From the NCBI GenBank assembly GCA_900128395.1, contig LT649276.1:1-47380 (forward strand): a stretch of 47,380 bases of DNA, written 5' to 3'. The notes below the pieces were generated by a model, which was given only the letters and a program-made list of their open reading frames with translations, was not told the DNA's origin and searched no databases. This DNA is from Stramenopiles sp. TOSAG23-2 (taxonomy: Eukaryota). Every line of letters begins with the position of its first letter. Position 1 is the first letter of the stretch. Made by a program: the position numbers and the translations under genes. This document shows, in pieces, positions 32,299 to 45,883 of this stretch.

Positions 32299-33429
32299 CT
32301 AATGTCGTTTAAATGTCGCATTACCAATAGACCAACCTTTTCCATCATCAACCCACAATGGTGAGTTTTCATTATTTTTTCTCTTCTTATTTTCAATAGT
32401 TGTATATTTTGTTAAATCACGTTTTCCTTCAACATCAACATAATTGTCATCAAGCCAAGGGGCAACTCTACGTATTGCATTTGGGACTAATGTATGCCTT
32501 CCCTCTAACGTAACACGATGTAATATACGCAGCCCGTTGCTTTCTGGATCCTTAAATGCACTTTTTTCAGCTCGATGACAGACTGTTATATTGTTTGACA
32601 TGATCATATCACCTTCTTCCCAAATATGCATATAAAAATTATTATTCGCAATATCATATATAGGTTTCATAACTTCATAAATTTCGTCCTCTGATAATAA
32701 TTGCGTTTCAAGATTACTTGTGGTATTATCAGGAATCAATCTTATAATACCAGCCAACTGATATGGATTTGCAAATGTTTGCAACCGCTTTGTGACTGGG
32801 TGTGGAAACAACATTGGGAGTAGATTACCGCTATGAGCGTTAACTGTGAATAAATTTGCCATTTTACTTAAATGTTCATTTGTTAATTGGTCGCAAATGT
32901 TGCCCATGTGATTGAAGCTAGTAGGCCCTCCATTCAAAGGGACTTTTTGTAGATGATACGAGACATGTCCAAATGGGGCATCATTATGCAAGCCATCATG
33001 ATGAAATCCTCCACCGACTTGAACAAAACCATGTTCTTCATTGTTAGACAAACGGAAGACGGCTTCATGCTCTGCTGCTTTATGTATTGCATGGGTGCTA
33101 AAAATACGATGAGTTCCAAATTGACCCACCGCGTTTAACTGTTCTTTTGCTGTAAAATATTTTTTATCACCCCCTTGACCTTTAAATATGATTATTCCAT
33201 GGACAGCCATAATCGCTTCCAAATACGCACGTGTTTCGTAGCCAACTGTTTCCAATGACAGATCAATACCTGTTACCATTACTCCAAAGTATGGTTTATT
33301 TCTTGTTAATATTAAATTTGGATGTTCTTCTTTTATCGTTTCTGGTAAGTCACCCGTTAACATATGCTCCCATGTTGGAAGTGTTTTAGATGTCCAATAT
33401 CCAGGATTGTTTAATTGTACTCTGGACAT
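32299..33429 (-). CDS. TauD/TfdA-family Fe(II)/2-oxoglutarate dioxygenase
   Basis: FGVMVTGIDLS, HGIIIFKGQ, HxD motif (FHHDG), HPVT, HIWEEGDMIMSNN..CHRA and LHRVTL. Confidence 0.88.
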   Translation of the reverse strand: MSRVQLNNPGYWTSKTLPTWEHMLTGDLPETIKEEHPNLILTRNKPYFGVMVTGIDLSLETVGYETRAYLEAIMAVHGIIIFKGQGGDKKYFTAKEQLNAVGQFGTHRIFSTHAIHKAAEHEAVFRLSNNEEHGFVQVGGGFHHDGLHNDAPFGHVSYHLQKVPLNGGPTSFNHMGNICDQLTNEHLSKMANLFTVNAHSGNLLPMLFPHPVTKRLQTFANPYQLAGIIRLIPDNTTSNLETQLLSEDEIYEVMKPIYDIANNNFYMHIWEEGDMIMSNNITVCHRAEKSAFKDPESNGLRILHRVTLEGRHTLVPNAIRRVAPWLDDNYVDVEGKRDLTKYTTIENKKRKNNENSPLWVDDGKGWSIGNATFKRH

Positions 33430-33437
33430 TTCTTTCT

Positions 33438-33474
33438 TGTGTGTGCGCGCGCGCGCGTGTGTGTGTGTGTGTGT
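33438..33474. repeat. Alternating purine-pyrimidine tract (TG)n(CG)6(TG)n
   Basis: Seen directly, just upstream of the TauD start codon. Confidence 0.9.
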
Positions 33475-33549
33475 TTGTATCCCCTCTTATACAAATACTT
33501 GATACAATTCTATATAATAACTTTTTAAACTTCTTTTTTTGTACAATCG

Positions 33550-33552
<3 letters not shown>

Positions 33553-33600
<48 letters not shown>
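33553..33600. repeat. (TC)24 microsatellite
   Basis: Seen directly. Confidence 0.95.
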
Positions 33601-33604
<4 letters not shown>

Positions 33605-34195
33605 ATTTTTATTTTTTTTTTAATTTTAGAATAATTATTATTCGTCGTTAGACACAGCAACCACACTCTCTGCTGGTCTGCGTACGATCCCACTAGCTGA
33701 GCTACTACTGGCCTGTATTGTAGTGTGTGTAGCTACTACCTTACTACCTACAACCCTTCTTATACTACCAAGTACAACCATATACGAGGTAAAGTACAGT
33801 ATACTTGGTAGACTATGAAATGAGGAGTGGTGTATGGTGCCTGGTGGTACGTGGGTAGTAATTTCTAGCACAAATATATTCTTCTTGCAACTTTTCTTTC
33901 ATTTTTTAGCTTTAATAATCTAATTTAATGACCAACCAATTTAAATTATGTGTGTTATTGCTAATACACAGTACCTTATGTACACGCTTTACTGAATATA
34001 TATATATTTATTATAATAAATAGATGATGTACAGAATGTGGAAATAAATAATATTATACATAAAAATACTGTATATATGTTGATCAATACATCAACACAA
34101 ATATATATATATATACGTTTATTTTAATTCATAAAGTATAAATAATAATATAGTATATCTTCCCATCATATTATATAAATATTGTAAATAAATAG

Positions 34196-36919
<2,724 letters not shown>

Positions 36920-37672
36920 ATATATAATATTAGATATATATATGTTATCTAGAAAATGTAAAATAAAATTTTTGTGTGTGTAAAACAAAAAAGAATATGT
37001 AAATTATGCGTGATGTATGGCTTTAAAAAATACCTGTAAGGCTAAAAAAAAAGAAAAAAAATACACTCAACAAATATAATAATTATAAGTACGGTAAATT
37101 AAAATTGCAAAAAATATATATACTGGTCTATAAGTAGTAGCTGGCGGCTACCAAGCTACAAGTATAATTATTTTTCCAAAAAAATTATTATACTGTTACC
37201 TTGTACGAGATTTGTATTACACATTAACATATAATTACTAAGCTGGTAAGCAGAATATTAATAGTTGCTATAGCTATCAGGTTAAATATCACACACACTC
37301 CCAGCACTCTGCTGGCATTATTATTAAATTAAAATACTACAGTACCTGGTATGATAGTTATTCTTTAATAAAAATATCATAGTACCTGTGATAAATCTCA
37401 AAAGTAAATTGATAATCAAAATCGAAATTATAACAATAACAAGTAACAAAATAAGCTCTGTATATTGTTAATTTTTTGCTATTCAGTACACTTGGTATAT
37501 GCACACTCCATTTAGTGTCAAAATAAAAATAATAGTACACAGACATAAATATTTACAATGAGTAACAAGTGTATGTAGCAAAAACTCTTATAATACGAAG
37601 TACTCTCCTCTTGCACAATCAGATTTGTAATATATTTCTTCAACAACAGAAAAAATAACTTCCGAAAAGAAA

Positions 37673-40600
37673 ATGTCTACAATCGATATCTTTCGCTTCA
37701 GTACTTTGCAAGTCGGTACCTGTCGAAAATGTGCAAAATCACAAAGAAAAGCATGGGGTAGTAAAAATGGTTCTCCTGATTTATGTAAGCATCAAAAGGC
37801 TAAACTGCGTAAGTCTATTGAAGGCAGATTTTTAATAAGTGCTTCAACAACGAAAGAAACCCTTCAAAGTAGAACTCGTAAGCGATATCGAACGAAGCGA
37901 AGAGCGGCTAAGTCATTGAAACCAATACAGCGCCCTTCTCACTCAACCCGTAAAACAAATTCCTATTACAACCTCACCAAGCATCAACGTCGTATTACAG
38001 TGTCTAAAACATTGCCAAAATTACGCGGAGCCCATCACTTAAATAAAAATGCTAAGAAATTAACCTGGCGAGGTGGGCTTTTTGAACCAATGGAAATTAA
38101 TGAAGAAGCATTAATTGAACACATTTTTGACATATGTGATGAATATGGATTAGGCTTTATACATAGAAGTACATTTTTGACAACATTAAAATTTAACGAA
38201 GAAATTCAAGCTGCTGTAACAGGATCTAAAGTTTTAAAACGGTTAGCAAATGAGGAAGCTATTCAAAGTAAATTTATGAGGTTTCGGACAAGGCATGTTC
38301 AGAATATGAAATTAGATGAATTGTTTCGCTTTTTAGGGAAAAGACCAGAAGATACGCACCATTTTAAAATCAATGGCAGTCATGATTCATTAAAAAATGG
38401 TTATAAAACAGCTGATGGTTCTATTCGCTTTGGAACACCTGATACGATTGTCTCAACTGCACTATATACGGCACGTAAGAAAGTTGCTACTACTCCACCA
38501 GTTGATCCTGCATATGTATTTTCAAAACAAGGTATTATAAACCGTAAATTAATGTTCCATCAACAACATTTAATGTCTTTAAAACGGAAATTAATAGATA
38601 TCATACGTTATAAAATACAAGAAAAAACAGTCATGCAGAGAGTATATGAAGCTGGTGAATCTTATAAAACTTGTTTAAAACTATTAAGTTGTATTTTTGA
38701 TGACAATGGAAAAAGCAATAGTAATGAAGAAGATGATGATGATGATAATAAAAATAATGATAATAACAATATGAACAACAATGTAAATAAGAAACGTAAG
38801 AGGAATAGCGAATCAAATAAAATAAAGAGCATCCTCAACAACAATAATAATAACAGCGATGGAAGCAATTCAACGACACCATCGTTGCTATCGCCACCTT
38901 TATCTACATTTAATGCAAAAAACATCAATCTTAGTGAAAATTTACTGCTTGCTGTTGGTCCAGTCCTTTCTGCAACAGGTTTACGTATACATACAGTCGA
39001 TAAGTTAATCTACTTGTATGAAAAACATAAAATTATGAAGGCGAAAATACCTAGATTTCATTTTTTAAATTATGAAATTGGTGAAAATTTTCGTAAAAGT
39101 ATAGTAGCATTAGAGAACGATTTGCATTTAGCGCTTGGTATGGGAAATTATACCGAAAAACAACTTTCAGCTGCAGAATTGAAATATATATATATAGCAT
39201 TGGATGAAAAATATCAAGCGTTTGAAAAACGTGCTAGTGATATGTTGTGGGTGTTAGAACGGGACAATTGGCCAAATAATTATCGAGTTAGAATGGCTGC
39301 GACTGGCTTTCAAAATTTATGGCGTACTATGAAAGCGAAAGAGAAATATAACAAAAAGAAAAAATTATTATTAATACTACAAAATATTATGTCAAAACGC
39401 ATAACGCGATGGCTACGAAAGCGTATAGCAATAATGAAGCAAAGAAAATTCACCAAAATATTGAAACGTCTAATGGCAACCAATATACAGCGATGTTATC
39501 GGGGTAAAATTGGAAGAAGACATAGTATTAAAAAAAATAGGAGACACTTAGCAGCAAAAAGGATACAACTTGCATTTAAATCAAGAAAGTTGTTGATGCG
39601 TTTAAAAAAAAAAGTACGACGACTTCGCGCGACAAAGAAGATACAAAAAGCTCATAGAGACATGCTTGTTAGAATTAAATACAAGAAGCTAAAAGCACGT
39701 CGAGCACGTGTATTATTGTACAAAAGGCATGTTTTTGATCAAAAAGTTCAAGATTGGAAACGATCACGAATGAAGAAATTTGCAACACAAAAATTGCAAA
39801 AAGTATATCGCAAATGGAGAAAGAAGAAATGCGAATTAGAAAAGATTGAAGCAATGTTACGTGAAAAACGGAATGTATCAGCGTTAATTATCCAAAAAAA
39901 CTGGAGAGTATACTTAACATATTTAAGATTAAAACGTTTAAAATATGCAATAAGAAAGTTACAACGTTGGCATAAAGCAATATTAGATAGATGGCATTTT
40001 ATAATATATCGTGAAAAAATGATTATAATACAGAAATTATGGCGAGGACGAAACGGAAGGGAGAAAGCTAAAAACGTACGCAATGAACATATCAAAAAGC
40101 AAAGAAGACTTCAAGAGAAAAGAATAAATGCATCGATATCAATTCAAAAAGAAGCACGTAGGTACGTTGCAGTGAAAAAATATAAACAATTACAATTTCA
40201 CACAAAATCAGCAGTAACCATACAACGTCAAATGCGCGGGTCCATAGCTCGTAAAATCAAAATACCAAAGAGAAAAAAATCCATAGTAACAATTCAACGA
40301 TATGGAAGAGGTATGACGGGAAGAAGGCGTGTCAATAATATTAAAGATCAACAGCGTTTTGTGAAACGGCATAACGCAGCAACTCGTATACAAACTACAA
40401 TGCGCGGTATATTAAGTCGAAATCGTGTGAATGCAATCAAAGAACAGAAACGAATTGATTTTTTGAGGCGTAGAAATAAAAATGCTATTCTCATCCAGAG
40501 ACACGGCCGTGGATACATAACAAGGAAGAGAATGATTGAAATAAGTTTAAAGAAGAAGAAAAATGAAGAATTTGCCAAGGAGCTAAATGAACGAAGGAAA

Positions 40601-41851
40601 CAGGCTTCAATTACAATACAAAAAAATGCCAGAGGGCGAATAACTAGGAATAATCTAAATGAAAAAAAACGAAAACAAAAGGAAAGGGAAATATATGCCG
40701 CTATTCAAATACAAAAGCAAGGTCGTGGCATGTTATCTCGCAAGCACGTGAAAGAAAAACAGCAGAAAATTTTACTAGACTTGTGCATAGAGGAAGACGA
40801 CGATGAAAAAAAATTGGAGAAATCGTTCAAAGAAAATAATGCATCTGTTAAAATACAAGCACTTGTACGTGGTCACCTTGATAGAAATTTAGTTGAACGA
40901 AAAAAGGAAAGCAATGCAAGAGAAAACAAAGCAGCAAAGGATATACAAAGAATAGTTCGTGGAAAACAAGGCCGAAACAAAGCAAAACGAGAAGTGCTAG
41001 TAAAACAAACACAAGACAAAATACGAGCGATGGCAGCCGAGGATATCCAAAAAATTGTACGTGGTCATTTAGGAAGATTAGCCGTTGCAGATTTAAGACT
41101 AGAGAAACAAACTAGAGCACGGTTTGAACGGGAACAAAAAGCAAAAGAAGAGGAATTTTTGAGGAAAGAGAGGGCGAGTGAAAAAAGTGCACGCGAAACT
41201 ATGTTTGAAATGGAAAAGGAATCTAGAGCAAATGAAGACTGGTTACGAAGACTTGCAGACCAAGCCGAAAAAGCTCGAATAGAAAGGCAAAAGGAGAAAG
41301 AGCGTGAAAGATTGGAAAAGAAAAAGAAATCAGAGGAAGCTTATATCAGACAACGCTTGGAAGGAATGCGCGACGCATTGTCAAAAGCAAAGGACAAAGA
41401 GTCCATTGAAGCAATTGCATTTTTAATCCCAGATAATGAAGGTGATGAATTTTTAAAGCTGAAGAATGAAGCAATGAAAATGATCAAAAAGCTAGAACAA
41501 GGAGAAAAAGAAAATGCATCCACTTTAGAAAGAAATCAAATGTCACAAAGAGCGGACGAAGAGGAGTGGATAGAAGCATATGATGAAGATTCTGGTATGA
41601 CTTATTACATCAATGTGAATACTGGTGAAACATCTTGGACAAAGAATGATATAGATGCACATAATAATAATACTGGTGAAACATCTTGGACAAAGAATGA
41701 TATAGATGCACATAATAATAATAATGATAATATCAATAATGATAATGTTGATTCCAGCCAAGCAAATACAAATTTAGCAACATCTGATAGATCATCAAAT
41801 ATATTTGAAAGAGTAGTAAAACGTGTGGAAGAAGAAGGGGTTGATTCGTAG
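37673..41851 (+). CDS. Multi-IQ-motif calmodulin-binding protein with N-terminal EF-hand-like region and C-terminal WW domain
   Basis: Many IQxxxRGxxxR motifs, IFDICDEYGLGFI, and WIEAYDEDSGMTYYINVNTGETSW. Confidence 0.85.
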   Translation: MSTIDIFRFSTLQVGTCRKCAKSQRKAWGSKNGSPDLCKHQKAKLRKSIEGRFLISASTTKETLQSRTRKRYRTKRRAAKSLKPIQRPSHSTRKTNSYYNLTKHQRRITVSKTLPKLRGAHHLNKNAKKLTWRGGLFEPMEINEEALIEHIFDICDEYGLGFIHRSTFLTTLKFNEEIQAAVTGSKVLKRLANEEAIQSKFMRFRTRHVQNMKLDELFRFLGKRPEDTHHFKINGSHDSLKNGYKTADGSIRFGTPDTIVSTALYTARKKVATTPPVDPAYVFSKQGIINRKLMFHQQHLMSLKRKLIDIIRYKIQEKTVMQRVYEAGESYKTCLKLLSCIFDDNGKSNSNEEDDDDDNKNNDNNNMNNNVNKKRKRNSESNKIKSILNNNNNNSDGSNSTTPSLLSPPLSTFNAKNINLSENLLLAVGPVLSATGLRIHTVDKLIYLYEKHKIMKAKIPRFHFLNYEIGENFRKSIVALENDLHLALGMGNYTEKQLSAAELKYIYIALDEKYQAFEKRASDMLWVLERDNWPNNYRVRMAATGFQNLWRTMKAKEKYNKKKKLLLILQNIMSKRITRWLRKRIAIMKQRKFTKILKRLMATNIQRCYRGKIGRRHSIKKNRRHLAAKRIQLAFKSRKLLMRLKKKVRRLRATKKIQKAHRDMLVRIKYKKLKARRARVLLYKRHVFDQKVQDWKRSRMKKFATQKLQKVYRKWRKKKCELEKIEAMLREKRNVSALIIQKNWRVYLTYLRLKRLKYAIRKLQRWHKAILDRWHFIIYREKMIIIQKLWRGRNGREKAKNVRNEHIKKQRRLQEKRINASISIQKEARRYVAVKKYKQLQFHTKSAVTIQRQMRGSIARKIKIPKRKKSIVTIQRYGRGMTGRRRVNNIKDQQRFVKRHNAATRIQTTMRGILSRNRVNAIKEQKRIDFLRRRNKNAILIQRHGRGYITRKRMIEISLKKKKNEEFAKELNERRKQASITIQKNARGRITRNNLNEKKRKQKEREIYAAIQIQKQGRGMLSRKHVKEKQQKILLDLCIEEDDDEKKLEKSFKENNASVKIQALVRGHLDRNLVERKKESNARENKAAKDIQRIVRGKQGRNKAKREVLVKQTQDKIRAMAAEDIQKIVRGHLGRLAVADLRLEKQTRARFEREQKAKEEEFLRKERASEKSARETMFEMEKESRANEDWLRRLADQAEKARIERQKEKERERLEKKKKSEEAYIRQRLEGMRDALSKAKDKESIEAIAFLIPDNEGDEFLKLKNEAMKMIKKLEQGEKENASTLERNQMSQRADEEEWIEAYDEDSGMTYYINVNTGETSWTKNDIDAHNNNTGETSWTKNDIDAHNNNNDNINNDNVDSSQANTNLATSDRSSNIFERVVKRVEEEGVDS
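41618..41719 (+). repeat. Perfect in-frame 2 x 51-bp duplication (NTGETSWTKNDIDAHNN)
   Basis: Copies start at 41618 and 41669. Confidence 0.95.
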
Positions 41852-42111
41852 TACGTGTATTGTAGTATATTACTATATTTTTTAGATATTAATGAACCGG
41901 GCACCGGGCACCGCATCAAAGCTACAAAGTTAAAGTATTCGCTCATACCACATAATATCAGAAGATAGAGTCTCTTCTGTTGTGGTATACCAGGTATATT
42001 AAAGCTACCACCGTGGTATGTGCGTATATTATAGCGCTCTAGCTCTCCATATTATAATATGTACTGTACCTAGTAGATGTTGCTACCAAGTACTGTAATA
42101 CACAGAGTACA

Positions 42112-42145
42112 CGTGAGCTTAGAGAGGATCCTCTCTACGTGAGCT
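42112..42145. repeat. Perfect 18-bp palindrome flanked by a perfect 8-bp direct repeat (TSD-like)
   Basis: CGTGAGCT-TAGAGAGGATCCTCTCTA-CGTGAGCT. Confidence 0.8.
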
Positions 42146-42401
42146 GGTGAGCATATTTTATTACAGTAATATACCAGAAATTACCTCGGTATTAGTCTTT
42201 CCTCGGAAGACTCTGCGCTTGGGCTTGCCAGAGTACCTCGGTATAATTGCAATTCTTCTAAAATAATACCAAAAAAAATAAATACAAAACTACGAGGTAT
42301 AGACGACTATTAATCTAATTAACCAATGCACAATACATAATCTAAATAAAAAATTAAAACTATTTTCCATATTCTCCCTGATACATAGAATAAATAAAAT
42401 C

Positions 42402-42623
42402 GACGATAGAAAAAAAACACGATACGCACACATATATGCATACATTGTTCATAACGAATTCTTAAATCATGACTTCCGTTGCATCATCAACAACATCAAA
42501 ATTTAAACATTTGACGATAGAAAAAAAACACGATACGCACACATATATGCATACATTGTTCATAACGAATTCTTAAATCATGACTTCCGTTGCATCATCA
42601 ACAACATCAAAATTTAAACATTT
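42402..42623 (+). repeat. Perfect 2 x 111-bp duplication spanning the GGACT start codon
   Basis: GACGATAG...AAACATTT starts at 42402 and 42513; creates an upstream ATG at 42469. Confidence 0.95.
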
Positions 42624-43377
42624 ATTTGTATATGGTACGTTGAAAAAAGGTTATACAAATTATACTAGATATCTAAAGCATTCAAAAAAATTAGGACGTG
42701 CAAAATTTATATCACCAGCCATAACAGTAGAGAAATATCCTTTAATCCTACGCCCAACAAATCGACTGCCAAATACAAGAGGGCCTATATTGATGACAGC
42801 ACACCAAGAGGATAAATCAAAGTGGTATCATATTGAAGGTGAATTATGGAAAGTTGATGAAATAACCATGAAAGCTTTGGATATCTTAGAGGGTGTGAAT
42901 AGAACCAATCAGTATCATCATGAAAATATTCAGGTAATTCATAAGGATAATAATAATATTATCAATGATTGTACATGTTACTTTTATACAACATTGGGTA
43001 TGGATGATGAATTGTTGAAAATTACTCCGTTACTACCATCATATGATGATAAGGCTCATAATGAATATAAACCATCAAATGAATTAAATACTGAAATATT
43101 AAAAACCATTTATACAGATACAATAACATGTAAAAGATGTAAGCAAAAATATGTAAACGAATATAATACTAACAAGTCATGTAAACATCATAGCGAATCG
43201 TATGCTGGGGAAACGAAACAACGATGGCAATTACCTGGAGATACTGATGGTAGTGCTGAGATACATTTTTTTTACAGTTGTTGTGGTAATTATGATGAAA
43301 ATAGTGAAGGTTGTCATACTAGCAAACATATTTCTTACGATGAGGATGATACTATACTTTATAAAGAGTATGATTGA
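42580..43377 (+). CDS. Gamma-glutamylcyclotransferase (GGACT/AIG2-like) fused to a C-terminal Cys/His zinc-binding domain
   Basis: LFVYGTLKKG, IEGELWKV, LDILEG; C-terminal CKRC..SCKHH..YSCCG..GC....H. Confidence 0.85.
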   Translation: MTSVASSTTSKFKHLFVYGTLKKGYTNYTRYLKHSKKLGRAKFISPAITVEKYPLILRPTNRLPNTRGPILMTAHQEDKSKWYHIEGELWKVDEITMKALDILEGVNRTNQYHHENIQVIHKDNNNIINDCTCYFYTTLGMDDELLKITPLLPSYDDKAHNEYKPSNELNTEILKTIYTDTITCKRCKQKYVNEYNTNKSCKHHSESYAGETKQRWQLPGDTDGSAEIHFFYSCCGNYDENSEGCHTSKHISYDEDDTILYKEYD

Positions 43378-43555
43378 GTGTTTTTTGTTAAATAATAATA
43401 ATATTTTAAATTTAAATGCATATTTAACTTTAGTTGTCATACTAGCAAACATATTTCTTACGATGAGGATGATACTATACTTTATAAAGAGTATGATTGA
43501 GTGTTTTTTGTTAAATAATAATAATATTTTAAATTTAAATGCATATTTAACTTTA
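43310..43555 (+). repeat. Perfect 2 x 123-bp duplication spanning the GGACT stop codon
   Basis: GTTGTCATACTAGC...TTAACTTTA starts at 43310 and 43433. Confidence 0.95.
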
Positions 43556-43719
43556 AAAGACATATTATAAACATTTTTTTAAATATATCATATATATATA
43601 TATATATATATAAAATGTTCTCTTACTCAATATATTAATATTAAATATATAAATTTCTTTTACTCCCGTTCATTAACATCTGAAATCAAAAATGATTTAT
43701 AAAGTTTAGTAAAAATTAT

Positions 43720-44477
43720 TTAGTATTCAAAAGATTGTTCCTCTGTCTGTGATTCAGAGTTAAGTGAAAGAGCTACTCCTTCATAAAGTTGTAAATCACA
43801 TTCTTTAATCAATCTAAATGTTTTTGTATTGTCGTTATCCAACTTAACTTTCAATTTTCCATCCTTACGTGAGGTCGCCTCAATAACTGTCCCTCTGCTT
43901 CCCTGTTTAAATGTTGCATGACCTGTTAAAAATATATACTTATATATAACACATATATATTATGCACAAATACGTAAAAACAATAATATGGTACATAGGT
44001 AATTACTTCTCTCTTTCTATCTCTTAACAAAACACAAAAGCATTATCAACGTTTGAAATTACACATTTTATATATATATATATATCAAAACTTTTTTTTT
44101 CAAGTGTTTTGCACTTTTTAAAATATTTGTGTTTTGCATTTCAATCATGTCATCTAATCTAATTATGAAAAGAGTTCATTTGTATAATCATATTACATCA
44201 TACCAAAAGAATAAAGAATAAATATCACAGTCAATGGTAAAAAACAAAAAGCGCAACATACTACAGGTGCAGCATATGTACCTTCTGATGTTAAATATCA
44301 TACAATTTCATCATATACATATTTCCAATATTCTTTATTTTTCTCGTTCATCTTCCAATAGTTTTCATTTGGTTCTTTTATTATATTATTAATTCTAGCG
44401 TCCTTGATTTTCTCTTCCATACCAATTAAAAGTGGTGTATCCGGGTTCATCTTGATTTCTCCCTTCTCGTGATTCAT
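43720..44477 (-). pseudogene. Possible small spliced membrane-protein gene with an in-frame TGA (exons 44477-44204 and 43922-43720)
   Basis: ATG 44477 reads MNHEKG...YVYDEIV*YLTSEG...CCAFCFLPLTVIFILYSF. A phase-compatible GTATGA...TTTTAACAG intron leads into GHATFKQGSRGTVIEA...KLKVKLD...EY*. Confidence 0.45.
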
Positions 44478-45270
44478 TTTGTTTATTTACATGTACTATG
44501 GTTCTCATTCATACATCATATATACAACTATCTACCACTACATGTATTTTCTATATTATACCAACAGTTATTGATATCTCTCATCTCTCATACATGTGTA
44601 TACGTATTATATATATATTTTATAGTATATACTTTACAATAGTACTATACAGTAGTATATATTTTTTATTACAGTTACAGATAATATTATACTTCTTTTA
44701 AGGGATTTCTGATGGCAAAAAATAAACTGTTGATAAACTTGTACATATGTTGCATATCGGATACGAGGAGCAATCAGGCAATCAGGCAATAGAAACGGGA
44801 CAGCCAGACGACAGCTGGACAAAAAGCTACACTTGCACACTACTGACAACCGGACAACAACCTGGCTTCATTACGTCGTCGCAAGCCAAAGCAAGCCCGC
44901 AAGCTGGCAAGGTGCATTATTATCATTTTTACATTCAGAAACTAATAGAATTATTATTAAGTCATATGCACATATAGTACACAAATTAAAACAAAGGAGA
45001 AGATACTTTCTTTTGTCGTTTTGGATTACATATTGATTTATCACCATTTTTAATCAAGTGTGTACGTTTCTCTTTGATAATCCAGTCCACCTTGCCATTA
45101 ATTCTCGTTACGATAATTAGTTAATATATATTGTTGTGTTACATATAAATTTCGTTGAAGGAACCCCTATTATAGGTTCTTAATATTTTTTTTTTTAGTT
45201 AGTGTATATATATATATATCTATATATTAATTGTCACATTTTATAAAGTATATATATATATATATTCATC

Positions 45271-45852
45271 ATGTCAAGTTTAGTTTTGGAAGAGATAAAG
45301 AAAGAGGATGAAGAAGAAGTAGAAACGTTTGATTTAAATAGTAGCGATACAAGTATATCAAGCGTTGATTCATTAGACACAACTTTATCATCAGTCACTG
45401 ACACTGATTTTTGTATTATGTCAAACTTTACAAATACGCTGCTCAATATATTATCAAACAATGAAGATAATAAACGGTATACACCTGATATACTTGCAAC
45501 AACATTTAATAATTTTGTAAATAATCATATTCATTGTTTGGATAACATAGAAATATTGAATATTGATAAAAAAATAATTGTAAATATATGTCGTGATATT
45601 AAAGTTCAACATCCACATTTATGGACAAAAGATATTGCCAAACTATTTGGTGCGTTATTGAAAACAATTTCTAAAGCAAAATTACATGCGTTGAAAGCAC
45701 CGGAGGAACCTGTTGAAGGTTCATATGTTGAAGCATTTTGGGCAAATAAATCATGGTGTTGTGGACAAATTCAAAAAGTACATTATTACAATAGTGATGG
45801 TACTGCAGCAGGAACTGCAGGAGGAACAACGTTAACATCATCGGTATCAACA

Positions 45853-45883
<31 letters not shown>

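Noticed and set aside
43202-43570. 122-aa and 110-aa ORFs with internal repeats
   Set aside because: They are created by the 123-bp tandem duplication and overlap the real gene.
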